Below are positions 33,612 through 40,168 of a stretch of DNA of 40,168 bases, piece after piece. Each line of letters opens with the position of its first letter. Position 1 is the first letter of the stretch. Both the position numbers and the translations under genes were made by a program. The notes under the pieces were generated by a model that saw only the letters and a program-made list of their open reading frames with translations, searched no databases and was not told where the DNA came from. The stretch comes from an uncultured Planctomycetales bacterium (lineage in GTDB: Bacteria > Omnitrophota > Gorgyraeia > Zapsychrales > Fredricksoniimonadaceae): the NCBI GenBank assembly GCA_964479285.1, contig CAYZLU010000001.1:1-40168 (forward strand), given 5' to 3'.

Positions 33612-34703
33612 TTATGCGTTAGTGATTCCGTTGACGAAATCCGCTTTGAATGCCATGACAACCATGTTGGCATTAGCAACTCCTACAGCATTCAAACCAA
33701 TATTCATGATGTATTGCGATCTGTTGTCGAATGCATCAGCAAGGTTTGTTCCTGGAGGGGATGCAGGAATAGTTGCGCTTCCATTAAGAGGCACAACGCC
33801 TGATCCAGCAGGCATACATACAGCTGGAGACGCTCCACCTGCGAAGGCAGCAGATGTTGGGAATTGAAACGCTGTAAACCCAGTTGTGTCTACATCGATA
33901 GTGATCGAAGAAACAGTGGCTGAGTTTGTCACACTCAAAACCCTAGCAGCACCAGATGGATTAGATGTAAGAGATCCGCTTCCCGACTTAGCTGTTAAAT
34001 TGCTCAGCTGAGTCATGCCGTAGGGCGTTGGGATTTGGAAGTCAACAAGTTCCCCTGGGGTGTAAGGATTCTGCCTGAAGAAGTACACAACCGCTTGAGT
34101 TGCTTGCGTAATGTAAGCTACTGGCAATGTGTTAGGAAGGAACTGACCTGGATATACCTTTTGGTAGAAACCAGTTGTTCCGTTAGCGACTACCAAACCT
34201 GCGGTAACAGCTGAAGCAGCATAACCAAGCGTAATACTTGTGTTTGTCGTAATAGCTGTGATTTGATAGAGGTTCGATCCACTCATTTGCAGTGCGCCAG
34301 TTACGTTGATAAGACGTACTGTGTCACCGACGTTCAGACCTGAAGTGTTACCTGTCGAAACGACAAATGTGGTTCCGTTAACCGCAGTAATCGCAACTTT
34401 TGTAAAAGTTGGAGGACTTGCTTGGTTAATGAAAGTGAAACCTCCAGAAGTTCCTTGTTCTGAATATAAGTTTACAGTTCCAGCAGAAACGCTAGTTTGA
34501 CCGAGACCTAAATAAGAACCTTGTGCCATATTAGCACTGAACCATTCCGCGTACACAGGGTTAGCAGCAGTAGAAGCCAAACCCCAGTTGGTTACATCCT
34601 TGACGAAAACCCAGTCGGGTTTTGCAGTCATAGGAATATTAACGGCAACAGGAGTTGCTGGGTTGGTGTAAGACCAAGACCCAATAAATGAAAATGGTAA
34701 CAT
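33612..34703 (-). CDS. Capsid-associated (decoration-like) protein with beta-barrel modules (363 aa).
   Basis: It lies immediately downstream of the major capsid gene. Modules: VVSTGNTSGLNVGDTVRLINVTGALQMSGSNLYQITAI and ITQATQAVVYF...YGMTQLSN. The role is inferred from position. Confidence 0.5.
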   Translation of the reverse strand: MLPFSFIGSWSYTNPATPVAVNIPMTAKPDWVFVKDVTNWGLASTAANPVYAEWFSANMAQGSYLGLGQTSVSAGTVNLYSEQGTSGGFTFINQASPPTFTKVAITAVNGTTFVVSTGNTSGLNVGDTVRLINVTGALQMSGSNLYQITAITTNTSITLGYAASAVTAGLVVANGTTGFYQKVYPGQFLPNTLPVAYITQATQAVVYFFRQNPYTPGELVDFQIPTPYGMTQLSNLTAKSGSGSLTSNPSGAARVLSVTNSATVSSITIDVDTTGFTAFQFPTSAAFAGGASPAVCMPAGSGVVPLNGSATIPASPPGTNLADAFDNRSQYIMNIGLNAVGVANANMVVMAFKADFVNGITNA

Positions 34704-34713
34704 ATTCTAACTC

Positions 34714-35661
34714 CTATATTCCTGTTGATCTGAGGTTTTGAACCCAAAGATCGTTTGTGATGCACTGACCTTGATAAAATGAGCAACCGGCTGTATGTCT
34801 CAACATACATGGATCATTATTGTATCCAGGCGGAAGGTAGATAAAGCGAGCTTTACCACCTGCTTGCCAAACAACTTTGTAGGCTTCTTTAGCAGCTACG
34901 AAGCAGTTAGCGACATCATTTCCAAGCATAGAAGCATTTGGAGAGACAGAACCTTGCTCGGAAGCAAAGAAACGAACGTTGTTCGCTCCGCCAATCTCAA
35001 CACTCAATGTTTGAGAAATGTTCGGGTACTGGAATTTCTTGATAAAACCAGTCATGTTGTACAGAACTGGGATCATTCTAGTCGTCAACATGCACCCATA
35101 GGCGTCACCGATTGGACTTGTTCCAAATTTCAAGTCAGCTTCGACAATGTTTGTGATATACTCACCACTGTTGTTTTGAAGAACAGTAAAGACGTCGTCC
35201 ACATCCGAGATAGTCATCTCAGTCGGGATATCTCCGTTAGTCCCTCCGACACAGTTGATAATGGAAGCAGAGCTTTCCAAATTATCTCTCTGGAGGGCAT
35301 CCTGAGTTTCTCTTAAGCTTTGTCCAAGTCGTGCAGCCGCACTATTAAGCACGGGGTCTTCGTTGGTGATAGTGACCTGTCTTGTGAGTACAATGTAAGT
35401 GGCGTAAACCCTTACACGGCAGTCCACATCAACTCGGTTAAGTTGTTGTGGTGGTGGGTTATTTTGGCCATCATCGAGAGGCACTTCGAACAGGTCTAGC
35501 CTGTCATAACGTGACTGACGATCGATAAAGCCTTGATTGTCTGGCAACTCAACTGGTGTAGCAAACAACTGGTGAATCAAGTTGTGCTCTGGAGTTGACA
35601 GCAATTTTGCGTTGTACCTCTGTTGAATTTGCGGAGGCAACGATGCTATTGATACTGACAT
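34714..35661 (-). CDS. Major capsid protein (HK97 fold, N4-gp56-like pattern).
   Basis: 315 aa following the scaffold gene. The pattern YNAKLLSTPEHNLIHQLFA...G..DRQSRYDRL...PL.DG...YATYIVLT....D.VL...A.RLGQSL.ET.D resembles that capsid family. Confidence 0.75.
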   Translation of the reverse strand: MSVSIASLPPQIQQRYNAKLLSTPEHNLIHQLFATPVELPDNQGFIDRQSRYDRLDLFEVPLDDGQNNPPPQQLNRVDVDCRVRVYATYIVLTRQVTITNEDPVLNSAAARLGQSLRETQDALQRDNLESSASIINCVGGTNGDIPTEMTISDVDDVFTVLQNNSGEYITNIVEADLKFGTSPIGDAYGCMLTTRMIPVLYNMTGFIKKFQYPNISQTLSVEIGGANNVRFFASEQGSVSPNASMLGNDVANCFVAAKEAYKVVWQAGGKARFIYLPPGYNNDPCMLRHTAGCSFYQGQCITNDLWVQNLRSTGI

Positions 35662-35682
35662 AATTTATGTTCCCTTGAGCTT

Positions 35683-36450
35683 TTAGCTCATTTCAGGAAC
35701 CGAGCTCGCTAGGGCTGCATATCCATGCATTTCACGATAAAGATCTTTCTTCATAGCATCAGTGAGCTTGAAAGCTTGGGCTATTGGGCGTTTATCAAAA
35801 GCCATTGGAGACTGTACCGACTTCTCTGACTTTTCGATCGCCTTATCTAATTCCTTCTCTCTTCGCACATCTTTTGCTGAATCCGATATCTTCATCGCTT
35901 TGATGTATTTGTAGCTTTGGACTCCGATTTTGTACGGGTCTTTTGACTCGGCAATCGTCGCCGCCAACTCTGGCTCCCTTTCTTCTAAAATTGATAAAGT
36001 TTCAGGATTGACGACCTCGGAGAAATCTGCATATTGACGATTCAAACGATCCATAAATTGATCTTGATGTTGCTTTTGAAGGGCTTTTTGCACTTCTTGG
36101 CGTACGAGTTCTTCGGTGTTTTTGAGAACCTTCTGAGTATTTTTCTCAGCTAGCTTCTTCACCTTTCCTAAAGGAATGAACTCTTCATCTCCCATCTTAT
36201 CAAACTCATCGATCTCTTGACGCACAGGCTGCTGACTATTGACAAGCTGGGCTTGCATAATCTGCATCTGTACTTCTCGAAATTGCTTCAGTTCTTTTTC
36301 GAGTTCGGCATTCTTAAGACGCATCGCCTTCAAGTGCTGATTAGTTACTGGCTCTTGAGATGCTTGCGTCTCTTTCACTTCATTGACTTGTTGTTCGACC
36401 TGAGTTGCTAACTCTTGAACTTCGCTATTTTGGTTTTGAATCTCAGTCAT
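35683..36450 (-). CDS. Scaffolding protein.
   Basis: 255 aa, Glu/Gln/Lys-rich and helical. It lies directly upstream of the capsid gene, in the portal-to-capsid interval that also holds two small ORFs and the opposite-strand insert. Confidence 0.65.
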   Translation of the reverse strand: MTEIQNQNSEVQELATQVEQQVNEVKETQASQEPVTNQHLKAMRLKNAELEKELKQFREVQMQIMQAQLVNSQQPVRQEIDEFDKMGDEEFIPLGKVKKLAEKNTQKVLKNTEELVRQEVQKALQKQHQDQFMDRLNRQYADFSEVVNPETLSILEEREPELAATIAESKDPYKIGVQSYKYIKAMKISDSAKDVRREKELDKAIEKSEKSVQSPMAFDKRPIAQAFKLTDAMKKDLYREMHGYAALASSVPEMS

Positions 36451-36468
36451 GAATTTCCTCTTTTTTGG

Positions 36469-36512
36469 TGGTTGGCTAAGTCCACATTACGCCGCGATGG
36501 TTGGCTAATCCA
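36469..36512. repeat. Direct repeat pair TGGTTGGCTAA(G)TCCA.
   Basis: Copies lie at 36469..36484 and 36498..36512, 29 nt apart start to start and 19 to 62 nt upstream of the scaffold ATG. Confidence 0.7.
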
Positions 36513-36530
36513 TCTTTTGTACGCCTTAAA

Positions 36531-36559
36531 TTGACTTTGTTAAATAAAAATATTATAAG
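36531..36559 (+). promoter_or_regulatory. Strong sigma70-type promoter for the opposite-strand two-gene insert.
   Basis: TTGACT (36531..36536), exactly 17 nt, TATAAG (36554..36559). A GAGG SD precedes the ATG at 36580. Confidence 0.6.
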
Positions 36560-36579
36560 TCAAACAAAAGTGAGGTAAA

Positions 36580-36885
36580 ATGATTTGCAATAAATGTAAA
36601 ATCGACAAAGTTGAAAAAGATTTTATAAATAATCAGGAATTTTGTTACCAATGTGTTTATCAGATAAAACTACAAAAAAACACAGAAAAACGAATAAAAA
36701 AAATTCCAAACTGTCGAATATGTGACAAAGAAATATTTCATTCAATTAATCAAATAGGAAGACAAAGATCAGTTTTTTGCTCTCCTGAATGTGCAAAAAA
36801 AGGCCATCAAAAATTAATTAAAGAGTATTGGACACGTAAAATTCGTGAAGTATCCTATCCATACCAAAAACAAACAGAGGAATAA
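36580..36885 (+). CDS. Double zinc-ribbon protein (101 aa).
   Basis: CNKC...CYQC and CRIC...FCSPEC motifs. Confidence 0.6.
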   Translation: MICNKCKIDKVEKDFINNQEFCYQCVYQIKLQKNTEKRIKKIPNCRICDKEIFHSINQIGRQRSVFCSPECAKKGHQKLIKEYWTRKIREVSYPYQKQTEE

Positions 36886-36888
36886 AAA

Positions 36889-37440
36889 ATGAGTAATCAA
36901 TCCAAAATTGATCCCACAAGAAATACCGTCGGATCAATTTATCGAGACGCGCAAATAAACGGAGAGCGTGGAGTAGTCATTGGAGATGTAAACCATGAAA
37001 TCACAAAAGACTTGGTGAAAGATATCAATGAGGCTATTGAACAGGGAACAAAAGAAATGGAGGGTAAACCGTTTTATCTTGCTATCTACGAAAAATACGA
37101 TCTAATGCTGAAGCGAGGGCTAGTGAGGATTCGCAAAATAACGAAATATCGTCCCTATCCAGAGCAAGATATGATGTGTTTCCATGTTTATCCTGGAGGT
37201 GACGTTTATTTTTGCTGGGAATTGCCTCACAGATCTCAAATGATGAATATTTTGCAGTGTCCTGATCTATTTGATCGTAGTCGCGTGGATATGATTAAAA
37301 GATGGGAAAACCTTCAACTTGAATACTTTGGATTTAAGAAAGATGAAGAAGGGAATTGGGTTGAAAACGAACTTTATCGAGGGGATCAATTGATAGGTTC
37401 TCCTGATGGACAGAAAAATGTAAAAATTTTATTGACCTAA
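36889..37440 (+). CDS. Hypothetical protein (183 aa).
   Basis: ORF 3 nt after the zinc-ribbon gene; no motif recognised. Confidence 0.6.
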   Translation: MSNQSKIDPTRNTVGSIYRDAQINGERGVVIGDVNHEITKDLVKDINEAIEQGTKEMEGKPFYLAIYEKYDLMLKRGLVRIRKITKYRPYPEQDMMCFHVYPGGDVYFCWELPHRSQMMNILQCPDLFDRSRVDMIKRWENLQLEYFGFKKDEEGNWVENELYRGDQLIGSPDGQKNVKILLT

Positions 37441-37447
37441 TTTTCAT

Positions 37448-37484
37448 AAAAAAAAGGGAGTTAGACGTTTTAAGTCTTCCTCCC
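37448..37484 (-). terminator. Rho-independent terminator (minus strand).
   Basis: The minus strand reads GGGAGGAAGAC-TTAAAAC-GTCTAACTCCC followed by T8. The stem has 5+4 bp with a 2-nt internal mismatch. Confidence 0.55.
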
Positions 37485-37519
37485 CACCGTGCAGGCAAGC
37501 CCATAAATGTAAATCTGCT

Positions 37520-37699
37520 TTACACCTTTGGAGTATGCAAAGTAAGCGTCATTTTATCCTGACGCATTCTTAAATTTTCCATATCGCGCATTGTATGCTC
37601 AGGTTCTCTTCGTAGTTGCTCAGAATACTGTTCATCCATACGAATTGGCCCTTTTTGCACTTCTACGGAATAAGGCTTAGAATTTCCTCTTTTGGACAT
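37520..37699 (-). CDS. Small hypothetical protein (59 aa, below the track threshold).
   Basis: Hand-translated as MSKRGNSKPYSVEVQKGPIRMDEQYSEQLRREPEHTMRDMENL... GGAGA lies upstream and the start is 11 nt after the upstream stop. Confidence 0.45.
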   Translation of the reverse strand: MSKRGNSKPYSVEVQKGPIRMDEQYSEQLRREPEHTMRDMENLRMRQDKMTLTLHTPKV

Positions 37700-37710
37700 A
37701 TTTTCTCCTA

Positions 37711-37908
37711 TTAAGAATATCTGCCTTTATAAGACTGCTTATTGAGATCTTTCGACATACCCGATTGACGAGCATCTTGTCTCTCAACATATTCTGTAGT
37801 CTTGCTAAATCCACGTTCAGCAAAATCTTTCTCAGGCTTTTGATAGTTCTCCACAGTAGGTTTCATATCCCCCTGTGTGTAACCTGCCTTCGACATTTTC
37901 TCTTTCAT
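37711..37908 (-). CDS. Hypothetical protein (65 aa).
   Basis: ORF downstream of the portal gene. Confidence 0.5.
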   Translation of the reverse strand: MKEKMSKAGYTQGDMKPTVENYQKPEKDFAERGFSKTTEYVERQDARQSGMSKDLNKQSYKGRYS

Positions 37909-37942
37909 GATAACACCTTGTTATTCTGGTTTAACTTTATTT

Positions 37943-39958
37943 TCATGCAACATTTTGATTATTTGCAACCACTTCCTTTTCAGGATTTGCAGCAGGGCTT
38001 AAAGAGTTAAGGATTTCGACCTGTTGCATCAAATGGTCTAAATCCATACCTTTAAGCTCTTTAAGCGCCTTGACGACATTAAGCAAGCTTGCCGTATCCT
38101 CTTGATGAGCTCGACGGAGCTTGTCTTGAGCAACTGCTGCATCCGTTTGGATTTTAGCCACGCGCTCTTTAGCTAGCCCTTCTTGACTATGGGCGTAAGC
38201 TACTTTTGTCATGTTGTCAATTTGCATTTGCTGCATCTGTAACTCTTCCATCTTCTGTTTCTGTTCCTGCTGAGCCTTCTGAGAAGCCATAACTTTTTCG
38301 ATGATTCTGTCTTTGTTTTGTATGGTCAAACACTCGAGGATTTCATCCGGTGGCGTTAAATCAGGATAGAGGGTCTGGAAATGTAACAGCTGAGCGAGCT
38401 CTAATTGTTGTTGACTTTCAGTAAGAGCGGCTTGCACGACCTTGCAACCATACTTAAAGAAAATCTTGCTATCAAACTCGGCTGTTGGCTCTTCACCAAT
38501 AACTTGTCGGACTTTTCCATAAGTCCAGTTCTTTTGTATGTATTCGATTTCAATCTCAGCGCATAGCTTTTGAGATTCATCAGCTTGATCAAAAAGCCTT
38601 TGAAGATTACGAGCTGTTGCCGCCTGGCGCATCATCGTGATAATTCCGGCCTTATCGTCAATATCCATACCCATTGCGTTAGGATCAATCCCTGCAATGT
38701 TGAAGAAGATACCCTTCAGCATCTCTTCCATTTGAAGCATAACAGGCGATGGAGGAACGATAGGCATCGGTTGTACGTCATCCATGCTTGCGTCCGGATC
38801 AATTGTTAACACTCTTCCATGACCTGAGTTTAAGGCATCGTCTGGGGTAACAAGTGCCCCTTTCTTAACTTTAATCCCTTGTTGTTGGGCGTCAAGGATT
38901 TCAAGATTGGAAACTTTTAATCTATTTAATAGGAATTGACAATCACGAAGCATAGTCATCGGACTATTAAACTTGTACGCGTAGTACGGAGTATCTGCTG
39001 TAAAGAATGCGAGCAGCGGCACGACTGGGTAGCGATCCATGGAATAGGGGTTAGGTTCATCGACAATCACGCGGTCATTTAAAATGATACTTCTTCGCAC
39101 TGTAGGAACTTGTTTTTTTAGTACTGCAAGCTTTCCTTTAAATGCTTGCATCACCTCTTTTAGCTGTTCGGGCGTCCCTTTGAACTCTTGGCATTCCTCA
39201 GTCTTTTTATCCACGAGAAAAGTAGCTTCGCGGCTAGTAAGATACCAATACTCGTCGAAAGCAATAAGGTTCGGAAACTGTATTTGATATACTTCAGGCA
39301 TGTAGTAAAATTTATCATCTCGATATGTTCCTTTTGGTAAAGATAAGATTTCATCCCCGAATTGCGGGTACATAAGAGCAGCTTCATTGGCATCGAAGAA
39401 AGTCCTTACCCACCAAAACCTTGCATCGCTCATATCGTGCTTACGGAAATAGGGGTCAAAAAGGCAAGATTTCATATCTACATATCGCCATTTTGGCTCA
39501 GGGCTCACCGGATCTTTTGTACTATCGCCATACATGTACATGAAGCCTAGGCCCTGGATGATAGCCCCTAATTGAAATGCATCGCTAAATGTTTGATGGA
39601 ATCCATTTTTATGATTGTGGTAAAGACACTTAGTTAGCTGGTCCGCCGTCTTTTGCATACCGTCATGAATAGGAATAACAGCCGAGCTTTTTCTTGTCTG
39701 TCTTTGCTGACCGCTTATAGCTTCTGATATGGGGTTCATGATGTTGAAGTTCCATATCTTCCTACGATATGTCGCGACCCCGGGGAAGATTAATCCCCAA
39801 ACTTCCTGATCATTGATAGTAAAACGTTGATTTATATCGGCTTGATACCATTGCGTTTGAAGAATATTAATGCTATCAGAATAGTTCTTTTCCATTCCTT
39901 GGCGTAGAGATAGATTTAGGCTGTCTTCTGGCCAAAAAATCGGCGAATTATTTTTCAA
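37943..39958 (-). CDS. Portal protein.
   Basis: 671 aa. It is the largest head-module ORF upstream of scaffold and capsid, with a C-terminal Gln-rich coiled coil (QKAQQEQKQKMEELQMQQMQ). The TTG start has GGAG 9 nt upstream. Confidence 0.75.
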   Translation of the reverse strand: MKNNSPIFWPEDSLNLSLRQGMEKNYSDSINILQTQWYQADINQRFTINDQEVWGLIFPGVATYRRKIWNFNIMNPISEAISGQQRQTRKSSAVIPIHDGMQKTADQLTKCLYHNHKNGFHQTFSDAFQLGAIIQGLGFMYMYGDSTKDPVSPEPKWRYVDMKSCLFDPYFRKHDMSDARFWWVRTFFDANEAALMYPQFGDEILSLPKGTYRDDKFYYMPEVYQIQFPNLIAFDEYWYLTSREATFLVDKKTEECQEFKGTPEQLKEVMQAFKGKLAVLKKQVPTVRRSIILNDRVIVDEPNPYSMDRYPVVPLLAFFTADTPYYAYKFNSPMTMLRDCQFLLNRLKVSNLEILDAQQQGIKVKKGALVTPDDALNSGHGRVLTIDPDASMDDVQPMPIVPPSPVMLQMEEMLKGIFFNIAGIDPNAMGMDIDDKAGIITMMRQAATARNLQRLFDQADESQKLCAEIEIEYIQKNWTYGKVRQVIGEEPTAEFDSKIFFKYGCKVVQAALTESQQQLELAQLLHFQTLYPDLTPPDEILECLTIQNKDRIIEKVMASQKAQQEQKQKMEELQMQQMQIDNMTKVAYAHSQEGLAKERVAKIQTDAAVAQDKLRRAHQEDTASLLNVVKALKELKGMDLDHLMQQVEILNSLSPAANPEKEVVANNQNVA

Positions 39959-40016
39959 ATCAAAATCTCCTCTCTTATTTCTTGGACAAAAAATCTAAAT
40001 GTGATACAATTAAGAT

Positions 40017-40168
40017 ATGAAAAACATGACACAAATAGATATTGCCAAGTTTTGGATGAAAGTTCAGATTTGTAATCGAACCAAAGATCAAAGATACAAG
40101 CAAGCCTATATCGGTTTTTGTTGGATATGGAAAGGTTGTTTTTTTCAAAATGGCTATGGACACTACAT
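40017..40168 (+). CDS. HNH-AP2 endonuclease, 5' part. It continues at nt 1..392 through the terminal repeat.
   Basis: The ATG is at 40017: MKNMTQIDIAKFWMKVQICNRTKDQRYKQAYIGFCWIWKGCFFQNGYGHY. The frame matches nt 3 onward at the window start. The joined ORF is 162 aa. Confidence 0.8.
   Translation, partial: MKNMTQIDIAKFWMKVQICNRTKDQRYKQAYIGFCWIWKGCFFQNGYGHY
40114..40168. repeat. Terminal direct repeat, copy 2 (identical to 1..55).
   Basis: Exact 55-nt identity with the window start. Confidence 0.95.

Noticed and set aside
34795-35316. 173-aa antisense ORF inside the major capsid gene.
   Set aside because: It lies opposite a strongly supported CDS, with no SD and no motif content.
39975-40163. 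62-aa minus-strand ORF at the window end.
   Set aside because: It is antisense to the 5' part of the HNH-AP2 gene, which has clear motif support.
1-40168. CRISPR arrays, rRNA, canonical tRNA genes, transposase/IS ends.
   Set aside because: I saw no regularly spaced 25 to 40-bp repeats, no rRNA-like sequence and no full-length cloverleaf. The only IS-related signal is a stand-alone IS30-type HTH, without a DDE domain or inverted repeats.

Overview
The window is a complete, circularly closed dsDNA phage genome of about 40.1 kb. The first 55 nt are repeated exactly as the last 55 nt, and an HNH-AP2 endonuclease gene runs across that junction. The sequence is AT-rich by eye and most genes are on the minus strand, tightly packed with many ATGA/TAATG stop-start overlaps.

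Modules read from the sequence:
- **Packaging:** putative small terminase, large terminase and portal.
- **Morphogenesis:** the order is podovirus-like. It runs portal, scaffold, N4-gp56-like HK97-fold major capsid, several virion proteins carrying a repeated small beta-barrel domain, an 851-aa tail protein, Gly/Gln-rich putative internal proteins, then five tail-fibre/spike genes.
- **Replication and recombination (lambdoid-like):** Cro-like HTH, Erf annealase, YqaJ exonuclease, wHTH initiator with in-gene iterons, DnaC-like loader and a RusA-like resolvase.
- **Other:** a GroES-like co-chaperonin, a C5 cytosine methyltransferase, two HNH endonucleases, and about 14 small, often Cys4 zinc-ribbon, ORFs.

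I could not recognise an integrase, DNA polymerase, endolysin or holin, a CRISPR array or a canonical tRNA.

Most notable observations:
1. The methyltransferase locus is a GC-rich island. Two same-strand frames are both open for about 270 codons, and both carry methyltransferase-family-like motifs, so this is a dual-coding candidate.
2. A 58-nt tRNA-like element has acceptor, D and T arms but no anticodon arm.
3. Iterons lie inside the initiator gene, and a related repeat pair lies upstream of the scaffold gene.
4. An opposite-strand two-gene insert with its own strong promoter sits between the portal and scaffold genes.

All functional calls rest on motif recognition and gene order only; no searches were run.
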